From Longimicrobiales bacterium (GTDB lineage: Bacteria; Gemmatimonadota; Gemmatimonadetes; Longimicrobiales; Gaopeijiaceae), in NCBI GenBank assembly GCA_965202805.1, contig OZ241869.1:1248001-1312000 (forward strand): a stretch of 64,000 nt of DNA. The letters run 5' to 3'. Within the stretch, counting starts at the first letter, position 1, and each line of letters starts with the position of its first letter. Under the pieces are notes generated by a model. That model was not told the origin of the DNA. It worked only from the letters and a program-made list of their open reading frames with translations, and made no database searches. Of this stretch, positions 28,696 through 38,665 are shown piece by piece. The position numbers were made by a program, and so were the translations under genes.

Positions 28696-31694
28696 AAGAC
28701 ATCACGTTGGCCACCAGTAACCCGGCGCTTCCAGGTCGGCGTACGGCTTCGGTTCATGCCGCCGTCCTGGGCCTTGCGCTCCTGCTGGCCGCCCCTCTGG
28801 CCGCTCAGCAGGGCCAGATCACGGGGCTCGTCACCAACGCCGCCACCGGCCAGCCCATCTCCTCGGCCCAGGTTTTCATCCCCGAGTTGAACATGGGAGC
28901 CCTCTCGGCTTCCAACGGCCGCTACCTCCTGCTGGGTGTGAACGCCGGCACACATACGGTGCGCGTCGAGCGCATCGGTTTCGCCGCAGCCACCACCGAG
29001 GTCACGGTCATGGTCGACCAGACCGCCGAAGCGAACTTCCAGCTCCAGGAGGTGGCCCTGAACCTGGACGAGATCGTGGTGACCGGGACCGGTGCCCCCA
29101 CCCAGCGGCGCCGGTTGGGACAGACCATTACCTCGGTCACGTCTGACGAGCTGGCGATCGCGCCCATCACAAGCCTTTCCGACGCGCTGGTGGGGCGGCT
29201 CGCCGGCGCCCGCGGCCTGATCTCGGGAGGTCAGACCGGCGCGGGGAGCGCGATCACGCTTCGGGGCACGTCGAGCATCAGCCAGCGGCAAAGTCCTCTC
29301 ATCTACGTGGACGGCGTCCGCCTCGACAACGCGCTTGAGGACGCCCAGTCCGCGACCACCGATCGGTTGCAGGACATCAACCCGCAGGACATCGACCGGG
29401 TTGAAGTCATCCGGGGCGCCGCCGCCGCCACCCTCTACGGCACCGAGGCCTCGAGCGGCGTGATCCAGATCTTCACCAAGCGGGGGCAGACGGGCGCGCC
29501 GGTGTACGCCTTTTCCACCGACCTCCAGCACCTGAGCTTCCCGCGCGCCTTCCCGGACAACTGCGGATACAACCGCGCCGAGCACCAGCTTCTCTGTGAC
29601 AGTCCCTGGGACGCGAACAAGGTCCTGGGATACCATCAGAACTACAACCTGTCCGTTCGGGGCGGGACACCCGGCCTGCGCTACTACCTGTCCGGGCGCC
29701 TGATGGATGAGAGGAATCCCTCACCCAACAACGAACTGGCCAACCAGTCCGTGCGTGCTTCCTTCGACTTCACCCACACCGAGAAGCTGAGCAGCCAGGT
29801 CGGGGTGAACGTCGTTCGGCGCAATCTGAGGACGGCCACCCCGGGCTGGGGCGACCTCTTCGGAAACCTCATGCTGGGGAATCCGCTGCGCGCGACCGAG
29901 ACCAACCCCCACGGCGCGTACACGCCGCTCCTGGCCAGCCGCATCACGGAGAACTTCCAGGAGTCCGTCAACACCATGCTGAGCGGCTCGCTGGTCTACC
30001 AGTGGGCCGACGGCCTCAGCTCCACTCTTCAGGTGGGACACAACTTCATCGACAGCCGCTTCAGCGAGTTCTTCCCCCAGGGCGTGGTCGCGGAGTCGGT
30101 CACAGGGTACAAAAGGGTGAGGAACTCGAGATTCGCCACCACGACTCTGGATTTCAGCACTCACTGGGAGACCCAGATCAGCGACCGGATGGTCGGAAAC
30201 GTGACCGTGGGCGGCCAGAGCTTCCGCGAAGTGCAGGCCTTCGAGGTGGCCTCCGTGCGCGAGTTCGGATCGCCCACGCTCAAGACCCTGAGCGGGGGAG
30301 CCCAGATCACCGGCGTGAGCGAAGGCTATGAGGAGGTGATCAACGCGGGCCTTTTCGTACAGGGTCAGGTCGGGCTCGACGACAGGCTGTTCCTCACCGG
30401 CGGCGTGCGGGCCGACGGCAACTCGGCCTTCGGTGAGGACTTCGGCCTGCAGGTCTATCCCAAGGCCGGCGTGTCGTGGGTCGTCTCCGAGTACGACTTC
30501 TGGAACGTCGGCTGGATGAACGAATTGAGGTTGCGCGCTGCCCTGGGAGCTTCCGGCCTTCAGCCGGGCGCCTTCGACGCGCAGCGCACCTGGAACCCCA
30601 ACAGCAGCGTCATCGGCGGCTACCTGACGCCCGAGAACCTCGGCAACTCGGAACTCAAGCCCGAACGCTCCACCGAGATCGAGATGGCGATCGAGACCGG
30701 GATGCTGGACGGCCGTTTCGGGATGGAGCTGGTCTACTTCAATCAGACCACCAACGACGCCCTGCTCCCGGTGCCGCCTTCGCCGGGTGACGGTTTCGTC
30801 AACTCGCAGCTCCGGAACCTGGGCACGCTAAAGTCGTGGGGGCTCGAACTGACGGCGAATGCGCGCCTGATTCAGAGCCCGGACTTCACCTGGGATCTGA
30901 CGCTGAGCCCGACCTATCTCAAGCAGTGGGCCGACGATCTGGGCGGGCAGCCCGACCGGCGGCTCGGCCGGCGCCGCCGCTTCCACTCCCTCTACGAGGG
31001 CATGTGGCCAGGTATCTGGATCGCCCCCATCGTCGATCCCAACCAGCCCTACATTCTCTCCGGACCCATCGACGAGATCCGCAGCCGCCGGGACATCGCG
31101 CCCAACATCCTGAAGGCGGCCGACGGCACCGACTCGCTGGCGGTAATCGGAAGACCCCAGCCGAACTGGACCGTCGACATCCGCAGCGCCATGCAGATCG
31201 GGAGCTTCACCTTCCGCAACATCCTCGAGGCGGCGGGCGGCTTCATCGTATCGAACGAGACCGACCATCTGCGCAACGCGCTCGGCAACGGCCCATTGGT
31301 GGCCACGCTGGAGCACACCCTCAACGACCCCAACGCCAGCACCGAGGAGAAGCAGCGGCTGGTCGACGAGTACGGACGAAAACACAACGGGGTCATCTCC
31401 AACACCGTATATCCGGGCGATTACCTGCGCTGGGCCGAGGCCACGGTCTCCTGGCAGCTGCCGGACGCGCTTGCCGAGCGCATTGCCGCCACCAGCGCGC
31501 AGATCAGCCTGGGCGTCAAGAACCTCAAGGTCTTCAGCGACTATCTGAGTTCGCCGAAGAACGGCTGGATCGATCCGGGTACCCGCGGCATCGAAGCAGG
31601 CACCGACGGAGACGACTACTTCACCCAGAACGTAGACTACCTGAAGGTTCCGGCTCCGAGACGAATCGTCTTCTCCCTCAGGGCCCAGTTCTGA
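28692..31694 (+). CDS. SusC/RagA-type TonB-dependent receptor
   Basis: AGGAGG RBS; ATG overlaps the DUF1592 stop; N-terminal carboxypeptidase-regulatory-like domain, LDEIVVTG, PLIYVDGV, DINPQDIDRVEVIRGAAAATLYGTEASSGVIQIFTKRG, GNSELKPERSTE, terminal Phe (SLRAQF). Confidence 0.93.
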   Translation: MKDITLATSNPALPGRRTASVHAAVLGLALLLAAPLAAQQGQITGLVTNAATGQPISSAQVFIPELNMGALSASNGRYLLLGVNAGTHTVRVERIGFAAATTEVTVMVDQTAEANFQLQEVALNLDEIVVTGTGAPTQRRRLGQTITSVTSDELAIAPITSLSDALVGRLAGARGLISGGQTGAGSAITLRGTSSISQRQSPLIYVDGVRLDNALEDAQSATTDRLQDINPQDIDRVEVIRGAAAATLYGTEASSGVIQIFTKRGQTGAPVYAFSTDLQHLSFPRAFPDNCGYNRAEHQLLCDSPWDANKVLGYHQNYNLSVRGGTPGLRYYLSGRLMDERNPSPNNELANQSVRASFDFTHTEKLSSQVGVNVVRRNLRTATPGWGDLFGNLMLGNPLRATETNPHGAYTPLLASRITENFQESVNTMLSGSLVYQWADGLSSTLQVGHNFIDSRFSEFFPQGVVAESVTGYKRVRNSRFATTTLDFSTHWETQISDRMVGNVTVGGQSFREVQAFEVASVREFGSPTLKTLSGGAQITGVSEGYEEVINAGLFVQGQVGLDDRLFLTGGVRADGNSAFGEDFGLQVYPKAGVSWVVSEYDFWNVGWMNELRLRAALGASGLQPGAFDAQRTWNPNSSVIGGYLTPENLGNSELKPERSTEIEMAIETGMLDGRFGMELVYFNQTTNDALLPVPPSPGDGFVNSQLRNLGTLKSWGLELTANARLIQSPDFTWDLTLSPTYLKQWADDLGGQPDRRLGRRRRFHSLYEGMWPGIWIAPIVDPNQPYILSGPIDEIRSRRDIAPNILKAADGTDSLAVIGRPQPNWTVDIRSAMQIGSFTFRNILEAAGGFIVSNETDHLRNALGNGPLVATLEHTLNDPNASTEEKQRLVDEYGRKHNGVISNTVYPGDYLRWAEATVSWQLPDALAERIAATSAQISLGVKNLKVFSDYLSSPKNGWIDPGTRGIEAGTDGDDYFTQNVDYLKVPAPRRIVFSLRAQF

Positions 31695-31719
31695 CCGGGC
31701 CGAACATGCGGAGGCAATC

Positions 31720-33150
31720 ATGAACGTGCATGAGAGACAAGGGAGTCGACCGATGACAAAGAACGGAAACGCAGGTGCCGGAAGATTCACGGGAACACCA
31801 CGACTGAGAGGTCTCGCGGTCCTCGCTTCGGGAGTGCTGCTGACTGCGGCCATCGGATGCAGCGACTTTCTGGAGGTGGACAACCCGGCCAGCCTGCTGG
31901 ACGAGGATCTGGAGCGGAAGGAGCTTCTGGGAACGCTGGCCAATACGCCGGAAGGGAATCTCGCCGGCACCTACTCCAGCCTGCTGACGCGACACGGGCT
32001 CCTGAGCGACGAACTGTTCCATCCCACCACGCAGCTCGAGAACATCGACGCCATGCGAGGAAACCGGCTCGCGTCCAACTCCGCCGTCGAAGGCCACTGG
32101 CGCGGGCTCGCGCAGGCACGCTGGCTCGCGGACGAGGTGGCCGAACGCCTCGCTGCGGCCGGAGGCAACGACCTGGGTGTCGCGCACGCGCACTTCTTCG
32201 GCGGGATGACCCGCATCACCATGGCGGATCACTACAACGTGATCGTGTACGGCGCGGAGGACCAGCTGCGCGGCCCGATCGACGTGATCGCGGAGTCCGT
32301 CGAGCGCTTCCAGCAGGCGGCCCAGGTAGCGCAGTCCGCAGGGGATGCGAACTTTGCCGCCGCCGCGATGGGACAGGTCGCGCGGGCCTACCGCTCGCTC
32401 TACTACGAGCGCACCCACCTCCAGGGCCAGATGGACCGCAGCCTGTTCGACCAGGCCGAATCGGCGGCCCGGCAGGCGCTTTCAACGGCCCCGGACTACA
32501 ACTTCTCGCTGCGCTTCGGCGCCCCCGGCGGCTCCAACTCGGGGGCCTCCCTGGGGGGGCCGTACGGAGGCACCAATCGGATCGACGAGATCTATCTCTT
32601 CCTTCCCGACCCCGTGACCGGAGATTGGGACCCGCGCATCGCGCACGAGGAAACGACCCGCGAGGAGCCGCTCGGCACCAGTTCCTACAACCTGAAGTAC
32701 ACCGCGCGCGAAACGCCGCTCCCGCTCAGCCGCGCCGCCGAAGCGATGCTCATCATCGCCGAATCCCGCCTGCTGGCCGGCGATCTGGCGGGCGCGGTCG
32801 AGTGGATCAACAACACGCGCGCGGCGGCGAGAACCCGGACGATGTCGTCGGACTGGGGCGACGCCTCACGCGGCTGGCCGCCCATGGGCCACGCGCTCTC
32901 CGATCTCAGGGACTTCGCCAGCATGGATGCCGGCGAGATCATGGCCCAGCTCCAGCACGAGCGCAGGGCCGAGTTCTGGATGGAGATGAGGCGCTGGCAG
33001 GACATGCGCTACTACGAGATCTTCCCCTATCGCTGGTTCGACCAGAACAAGGCGATGGGGATTCACCTGCGCTGGCCGCCCTCCCCCGAGGACGTGAACG
33101 CGAATCCCAACCTCACCAACGAAATCGCGCAAAGGCTCTATACCAACTGA
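31720..33150 (+). CDS. SusD/RagB-type lipoprotein
   Basis: Lipobox AAIG-C-SDFLEVDNP; AEAMLIIAES, AVEWINNTR, ERRAEFWMEMRRWQDMR, EDVNANPNL; directly follows SusC. Confidence 0.88.
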   Translation: MNVHERQGSRPMTKNGNAGAGRFTGTPRLRGLAVLASGVLLTAAIGCSDFLEVDNPASLLDEDLERKELLGTLANTPEGNLAGTYSSLLTRHGLLSDELFHPTTQLENIDAMRGNRLASNSAVEGHWRGLAQARWLADEVAERLAAAGGNDLGVAHAHFFGGMTRITMADHYNVIVYGAEDQLRGPIDVIAESVERFQQAAQVAQSAGDANFAAAAMGQVARAYRSLYYERTHLQGQMDRSLFDQAESAARQALSTAPDYNFSLRFGAPGGSNSGASLGGPYGGTNRIDEIYLFLPDPVTGDWDPRIAHEETTREEPLGTSSYNLKYTARETPLPLSRAAEAMLIIAESRLLAGDLAGAVEWINNTRAAARTRTMSSDWGDASRGWPPMGHALSDLRDFASMDAGEIMAQLQHERRAEFWMEMRRWQDMRYYEIFPYRWFDQNKAMGIHLRWPPSPEDVNANPNLTNEIAQRLYTN

Positions 33151-33175
33151 GTCGCCGGATGGAGGAAGCTCGTCC

Positions 33176-34597
33176 ATGAATTTCATCACCGGAAGACACC
33201 TTTCACGCCGCACCTTCGTGAGGGGTGCCGGAGCCTCCGTGGCTCTGCCCCTGCTCGACGCCATGGTCCCGGCGGGCAGGCCCTGGAGCGATGCGGCGCA
33301 GTCGCAATTCACGCGGCTGGTGTGCGTCGAGGAGTCGATGGGGTGCGCGGGCGGCAACGACTGGGGGGACGCGCAGAACCTGTTCGCGCCGGCGAAGGCG
33401 GGGCGCGACTTCGAGTTGAAGGCGGAGAGCCAGCTCAAGCCCCTGGAAGCCTACCGGGACTACCTGACCATCGTCAGCAACACCGACGTGCGCATGGCGG
33501 AGCCGTACCGGGCCGAGGAGATCGGCGGCGACCACGACCGCTCCACGGCGGTCTTCCTCACCCAGGCTCATCCGCTCCAGACCCAGGCCGACGTCTACCT
33601 GGGCAAGTCGCTGGACCAGGTGCACGCGGACCGCTTCGGGCAGGACACCGCCCTGCCCTCCCTCGAGATCACAACGGAGCAGATGGACCGCGGGGGCGGG
33701 TGCGCCTACAACTACCACTGCGCGTACACGACCACCCTGGCGTGGGCGTCGCCCACCCAGCCGCTTCCGGCGATCCGCGAGCCCCGTCGGGTGTTCGAGC
33801 AGCTCTTCGGCGCCGGCGACTCCCCCGGCGACCGCGCCGTGCGGCTGCGCAACAGCCAGAGCCTGCTCGACTGGGTGCTGGTCGAACTGAACGACCTGAA
33901 GCGGGAGCTGGGGGCGCTGGACCGCCAGGCGCTCGACCAGTATGCCACCCACATCCGCGAGCTGGAGCGGCGCATCGAGCTGGTCGAGGCGCAGAACTCG
34001 AGCGGCGAGGAGCGGCAGATGCCCGAGGCCCCGTCGGGCATCCCGGACCGCTGGGAAGACCACATGCGGCTGATGTTCGACCTTCAGGTTCTCGCCCTGC
34101 AGGCGGACCTGACGCGGGTCATCACCTTCAAGACGGGCTTCGACCTGCAGAACAGCACCTTCCCGGACAGCGGCACCAGCAAGTCGTTCCACGCTTCGTC
34201 GCACCACGGCAACGTGCCCGCGGCCATCATGGAGTTCAACGTCATCAACACGTATCGCCTGGGGCAGATGGCGTACTTCCTCGAGAAGATGAAGGACACC
34301 ATGGAGGGCGAGGCGTCGCTGCTCGACAAGACGGCCATCATCTGGGGATCCCCGATGGGAGACCCCAACCTGCACAACCACCGGCGCTGCCCGTTGCTGC
34401 TCATGGGCCATGCCAATGGGGCGCTCGAAGGCAACGTGCATCTGAGGGCCCCCAAGGGGACGCCGATGGCCAACGTCTTCGTGAGCCTGATGCAGCGCAT
34501 CGGGCACGACGACATGCGCGCCTTCGGAGACAGCGCGGGCGAGTTCCCGCTCAGCTTCCCGGCGGGCCGGTCGGTGAGCACGCGGAGGGAGCCATGA
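33176..34597 (+). CDS. DUF1552 (HxxSHH) family protein, Tat-exported
   Basis: Tat motif SRRTFVRG...ALPLLDAM; SLDQV, LPSLE, IRELERRIE, LALQADLTRV, FHASSHH, GDPNLHNH. Confidence 0.9.
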   Translation: MNFITGRHLSRRTFVRGAGASVALPLLDAMVPAGRPWSDAAQSQFTRLVCVEESMGCAGGNDWGDAQNLFAPAKAGRDFELKAESQLKPLEAYRDYLTIVSNTDVRMAEPYRAEEIGGDHDRSTAVFLTQAHPLQTQADVYLGKSLDQVHADRFGQDTALPSLEITTEQMDRGGGCAYNYHCAYTTTLAWASPTQPLPAIREPRRVFEQLFGAGDSPGDRAVRLRNSQSLLDWVLVELNDLKRELGALDRQALDQYATHIRELERRIELVEAQNSSGEERQMPEAPSGIPDRWEDHMRLMFDLQVLALQADLTRVITFKTGFDLQNSTFPDSGTSKSFHASSHHGNVPAAIMEFNVINTYRLGQMAYFLEKMKDTMEGEASLLDKTAIIWGSPMGDPNLHNHRRCPLLLMGHANGALEGNVHLRAPKGTPMANVFVSLMQRIGHDDMRAFGDSAGEFPLSFPAGRSVSTRREP

Positions 34598-36546
34598 GGC
34601 TCGGACGCGGGATGGGGGGCGCGGGCGCGGTTCTGGCGGTCGTGCTGGCCGCGGGCGCGGCGCCCCCGCAGGATGGGTTGCTGGATGCGGCCAGGCGCGG
34701 CGACGCGGATGAGGTGCGGGCGCTGCTTGAGGACGGCGCCGATCCCGACTTCGCGCAGGGAGACGGCCTGACGGCGCTGCACCTGGCCGCCCGCGAAGGT
34801 CACCTGGAGATCGTGGACATGCTGATCGGCGCGGGGGCCGAGACGGGGGCGGCGACGCGCATCGGCGACTACACGCCCCTGCACCTGGCCAGCGGCGCGG
34901 GACATGCGGAAGTGGTGGGCGCGCTCCTGACCACGGGAGCCGACCCGGGGGCGGTAACCACTTCCAGCGGCGTGACCCCCCTCCACCTGGCGGCGGAGGC
35001 GCGCGCCGGCGAGGACGCGGTGCGTCGGCTGCTGGAGCACGGCGCGCCGGTGAACGCGCGCGAGCGATCGGCCGGTCAGACGCCCCTGATCTTCGCGGCC
35101 GCGGCCGGACAGGCGGCCTCCGCGGCCGAACTGCTGCGTCACGGCGCCGATCCCTCGATCGCCACCGAGGTGGGGGACGTGCTGCGCCGCATGGCGACCA
35201 GCAGGGCGGCCCAGGGGCGTCTGCTGGAGGCGCTGTCCGAGATCCAGCGGGCAACCGAGGGCGGAACCGCCCGGGAGCCGACCGCCTCCGAAGTGCAGGC
35301 CGCGCTCGCCGTGCAGCGCGAGTTCCTCGCCTCCGGGGCGTTGCAGGAACAGCTGGCGGACTTCCACCCCGACGACCTTTCCAACGTGGTGCCCGCGTGG
35401 GACACACCTGCCGGCTACGTCAGCGAGAACGAGATCGTCCAGCGGCCCATGTACGAAACCCTGGTCGGCAGGACCGGCGGGATGACGGCGCTGCTGCACG
35501 CCGCCCGCGAGGGCCACCTCGAGGTGGCGCGGGTGCTCCTGGACGGCGGCGCCGACATCGACCAGGTCGCGGGCGACGGGGCCAGCCCGCTCACCCTCGC
35601 CGCGCTCAACGGCCAGTTCGACATCGCGATGCTGCTCATCGAGCGCGGCGCCGACCCCGACCTGGCCACCCACACCGACGGCATCGCTCCCCTGTTCGCG
35701 GTGCTGCAGACCCAATGGGCGTTCAAGTTCACCGACCACCCGCATCCGCGCGCGCACGACAACGAGGCGACCACGCACATGGATGTCCTGAACGCGCTTC
35801 TGCAGGCGGGCGCGGATCCCGACGTCCCGATCCGGACACACCTGTGGTACTCGGACTTCCTGCGCGGCAAGCTGGGGCTCAACCTGACCGGGGCCACCCC
35901 CTTCTGGCGGGCGGCGCTGGCCCAGGACCTGCCCGCCATGAAGGCGCTGGTGGCCCACGGAGCCGACCCGGACATCCCCACCACCTGGCCGGAACCGGGG
36001 ATGCGCGAGGGGCGCCAGAACGACGGCCGCCTGCAGGAGGACTCCGGGCTGCCCATGATCCCCGAGGGCACCCCCAACATGTACCCCATCCACGCCGCGG
36101 CGGGCGGCGGGTACATGGGGCTCGGCGCATTCCTGATGAACCACGTGCCGAACAACTTCCTCAACACCGTGAAGTACCTGGTCGAGGAGCACGGCGCCGA
36201 CGTCAACCTCCCCGACTCGTGGGGCTACACGCCGCTGCACTACGCCTCGGTGCGCGGCGGCAACGACCTCATCGAGTACCTGGTGTCACAGGGGGCGGAC
36301 GCAGGAGCGATCAGCCGGCTGGGGCAGTCCACCGCAGACATGGCGCGCGGCGGGCGGGCAGGGTACTTCTCCAGGCCGTCGTACCCCGAGACCGTCGACC
36401 TGCTGCTGGGGCTCGGGTCCGAGTTGCGGTGCCTGAACACCCATTTCCGCGGCACCGGCGACTTCTGCCCGGGGGCGGGAGTGGAGCCGTTCGAGACGGG
36501 CGAGATCGTCAGGCCGGGCAGCCCGCCTCCCGGCGGAAGGCGGTGA
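34594..36546 (+). CDS. Secreted ankyrin-repeat protein
   Basis: Many ankyrin repeats (GLTALHLAAREGH, YTPLHLAS, GVTPLHLAA, GQTPLIFAA, GMTALLHAAREGH, GATPFWRAA, GYTPLHYAS); signal peptide; ATG overlaps the DUF1552 stop. Confidence 0.92.
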   Translation: MRLGRGMGGAGAVLAVVLAAGAAPPQDGLLDAARRGDADEVRALLEDGADPDFAQGDGLTALHLAAREGHLEIVDMLIGAGAETGAATRIGDYTPLHLASGAGHAEVVGALLTTGADPGAVTTSSGVTPLHLAAEARAGEDAVRRLLEHGAPVNARERSAGQTPLIFAAAAGQAASAAELLRHGADPSIATEVGDVLRRMATSRAAQGRLLEALSEIQRATEGGTAREPTASEVQAALAVQREFLASGALQEQLADFHPDDLSNVVPAWDTPAGYVSENEIVQRPMYETLVGRTGGMTALLHAAREGHLEVARVLLDGGADIDQVAGDGASPLTLAALNGQFDIAMLLIERGADPDLATHTDGIAPLFAVLQTQWAFKFTDHPHPRAHDNEATTHMDVLNALLQAGADPDVPIRTHLWYSDFLRGKLGLNLTGATPFWRAALAQDLPAMKALVAHGADPDIPTTWPEPGMREGRQNDGRLQEDSGLPMIPEGTPNMYPIHAAAGGGYMGLGAFLMNHVPNNFLNTVKYLVEEHGADVNLPDSWGYTPLHYASVRGGNDLIEYLVSQGADAGAISRLGQSTADMARGGRAGYFSRPSYPETVDLLLGLGSELRCLNTHFRGTGDFCPGAGVEPFETGEIVRPGSPPPGGRR

Positions 36547-36609
36547 AGCAGCGGGGAGTGCGGGGATAGCGGAGAGATCGCGTCCCGGCCGCGACCGCAT
36601 CGCGGACAA

Positions 36610-36657
36610 GCCGCCCGGCCGGCGCCCTCGCGGGGGATAGTCGGCCGGGCGGCCTTT
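36610..36657 (+). terminator. GC-rich hairpin between convergent genes, possible terminator
   Basis: 12-bp arms GCCGCCCGGCCG ... CGGCCGGGCGGC followed only by a short CTTT tract. Confidence 0.35.
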
Positions 36658-36768
36658 CGTCGGATGGGCGGCCCGGAGGCCGGAGCGGCCGTCGCCGGGA
36701 CGGACCGCGACCGGTGCGGGGCGACCTCGGTGGGGCCAGCGCGGGCAACCCCCGGTCGGCCTCCGGTT

Positions 36769-38406
36769 CTACATGACCGGCGGCCTGCCCGGTGGTCGCG
36801 TCCGGGTCCGCGCCGGAGGAGGTCCTGACGACCGCGGCGGAGGACCCGAGCACACGGCCGGAGGCGACCGGTTCGCCGGCGGGCAGCCCGGGCTCGACCC
36901 AACCGCCGAACCCACCGGCTGCGGAGGCGGCCGACCGGCGGACGGAGGCGGCGGTTGGCCCGGTGGCGGGTTGCCGGGCGGCGTACCCGCACCCGGCCGC
37001 GCCCCGGACGGAGGCGGCGGTTCGCCGGGCGGCGTACCCGGGCGCGCCCCGGGCGGCGGAGCGGACCCGGCGGGGGGCGGTTCGCCCCGCCGCCGCAACA
37101 CGGGTCGCTCGTCACCGCCTTCGGCGGCGCGGGCCGCGGGCGGCGCAACCGCATCCGGCCGCGCTGCCGCATCGGTGGTAGCCGCGGCATCGGGGAGCGA
37201 CCCGTCCGGCCGCGAGGAAGCGGCGGGGAGCAGGGCCGCGGGCGGCGCAACCGTCACGCCATCCTCCACCGGTTCCCGCGACACCACGGGATCGGCCCCT
37301 TCCACCCGCACCTCGCCGACCGCGGCGGCGGGCTGCCCCTCCGGGACGCCGCCCGGTCCGGCGGGGCGCACCTCGACCGGCACACGCCCGCCCCCGCCCG
37401 GGCGCGGCTCCGCCGCCAGGGTCGGAACCCCCAATCCCGGCCGGGCAACCCGTGCCGGCAGCCCCGACCCTTCCGGCGCCGCCGCGCCTTCCGCCCGTAC
37501 CCCCGTCGTCGACTGCACAGGCTCGCCAAGTCCCGGAACCCGCGCGGTGGGTGCGAACCCCGGCTCGCGCACCGTGTCCCCCCCCGGCCCGTTCTCCGAT
37601 CGCGTGCGGATCAGGGGCGTCGCCGCTTCGCCCGCGGCGCGCGGCTGGAACTCGAACATGGGACGCGACGGCTCGAGCGGCCGCGTGTACACCACCCGGT
37701 CACCGCTGTAGCGGTACACGGGGTAGTAGTAGGGATCGTCGTGGATCACGACCCGGAAGTCGGTGCACCAGCGCGCGTACGGGTTCCAGTCGAACATCGG
37801 CCTGAACCCGTGACACTGGTAGCACAGGAAGCGCGGATAGTCGTGGGGACGGTCGATGTCGTAGGCGACGAAGTCGAGGGCGTATTCCCGTGACCCGCTG
37901 TCCGGAATCAGCGCCGCGACCAGGTCCTCCATCATCAGGAACGGATCGCGATACGGGGCCTGCGCCAGCGCCCCGAGGTTCCAGCCGCCCTGATACCTGG
38001 AGTAGGCGAAACCCGAGAACTCCAGGGGCGCCGGCGACGCGACCACGAAGAGGTAGCCCTTGCCCTCGTCTTCATCCACCTGCCAGTAGCGCGACTCGGG
38101 GAAGAGCACGCGGTAGTCGCGGCCGCCCAGCGCCACGTGGTCGTCGGTGGGGGAGCCGGGATGGAGCAGGCGCGCGAAGCCGTTGGTGTCGACGTGGAAG
38201 ATGCTCACGTAGGCATCGCGCGAGGCGCGGTAGAAGACGCGCACCAGATCGCCTCGCCGCAGCACCGGGCTCGTGCCGCGGTCCAGCCAGATGCGCGACT
38301 CCAGGGGTTGGTCGCGGACCGCAAACTGCTCCTGGGCGGGCATCTGCGTCGCGCAGAGGAGCGCCAGCCCGAATACCGGGCCGGTGGCAAGCCTTCCGAA
38401 GCGCAT
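36769..38406 (-). CDS. Secreted DUF4384-domain protein with a CxxCH motif and a long Pro/Gly-rich tail
   Basis: Signal peptide; RRGDLVRVFYRASRDAYVSIFHVDTNG..RLLHP (DUF4384-like); YPRFLCYQCHG; low-complexity PPPPG C-terminus. Confidence 0.75.
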   Translation of the reverse strand: MRFGRLATGPVFGLALLCATQMPAQEQFAVRDQPLESRIWLDRGTSPVLRRGDLVRVFYRASRDAYVSIFHVDTNGFARLLHPGSPTDDHVALGGRDYRVLFPESRYWQVDEDEGKGYLFVVASPAPLEFSGFAYSRYQGGWNLGALAQAPYRDPFLMMEDLVAALIPDSGSREYALDFVAYDIDRPHDYPRFLCYQCHGFRPMFDWNPYARWCTDFRVVIHDDPYYYPVYRYSGDRVVYTRPLEPSRPMFEFQPRAAGEAATPLIRTRSENGPGGDTVREPGFAPTARVPGLGEPVQSTTGVRAEGAAAPEGSGLPARVARPGLGVPTLAAEPRPGGGGRVPVEVRPAGPGGVPEGQPAAAVGEVRVEGADPVVSREPVEDGVTVAPPAALLPAASSRPDGSLPDAAATTDAAARPDAVAPPAARAAEGGDERPVLRRRGEPPPAGSAPPPGARPGTPPGEPPPPSGARPGAGTPPGNPPPGQPPPPSAGRPPPQPVGSAVGSSPGCPPANRSPPAVCSGPPPRSSGPPPARTRTRPPGRPPVM

Positions 38407-38471
38407 CGTCGTTATCTCTTCCCCCAAGCGGCGCGGGTGACCGCGCGAGACGAACCCCGAAGCTCGTTTCC

Positions 38472-38487
38472 TGCACCATGCGTGCCA
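38472..38487 (-). promoter_or_regulatory. Putative sigma54 (-24/-12) promoter
   Basis: Minus strand TGGCACGCATGGTGCA = GG-N10-GC, close to the TGGCACG-N4-TTGCW consensus, ~65 nt upstream of the DUF4384 ATG. Confidence 0.55.
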
Positions 38488-38665
38488 GCGCGCGAGCCTG
38501 TCGCCTTCCTCTAACCTATCCGACCCTGAAGTCCTTACCGCAAGTGCACATGAGCCTGATCTCCTCCCCCCGGGGTCTCGAACGGCACACCGCGCACGCC
38601 CGGCCGCATGACCCGACCCCCGGCGGGCATGGCATCCTCCCCCCCGGTTTTCTACACTACCCGTC

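Noticed and set aside
26196..31694. 1832-aa ORF suggesting a giant SusC fusion
   Set aside because: The first 832 codons are an Arg/Pro/Gly-rich shadow frame over the DUF1592 gene. SusC has its own AGGAGG RBS, ATG (28692) and signal peptide.
33322..34593. N-terminal extension of the ankyrin ORF (1074 aa)
   Set aside because: Shadow frame over DUF1552; the real start at 34594 has an RBS and a signal peptide.
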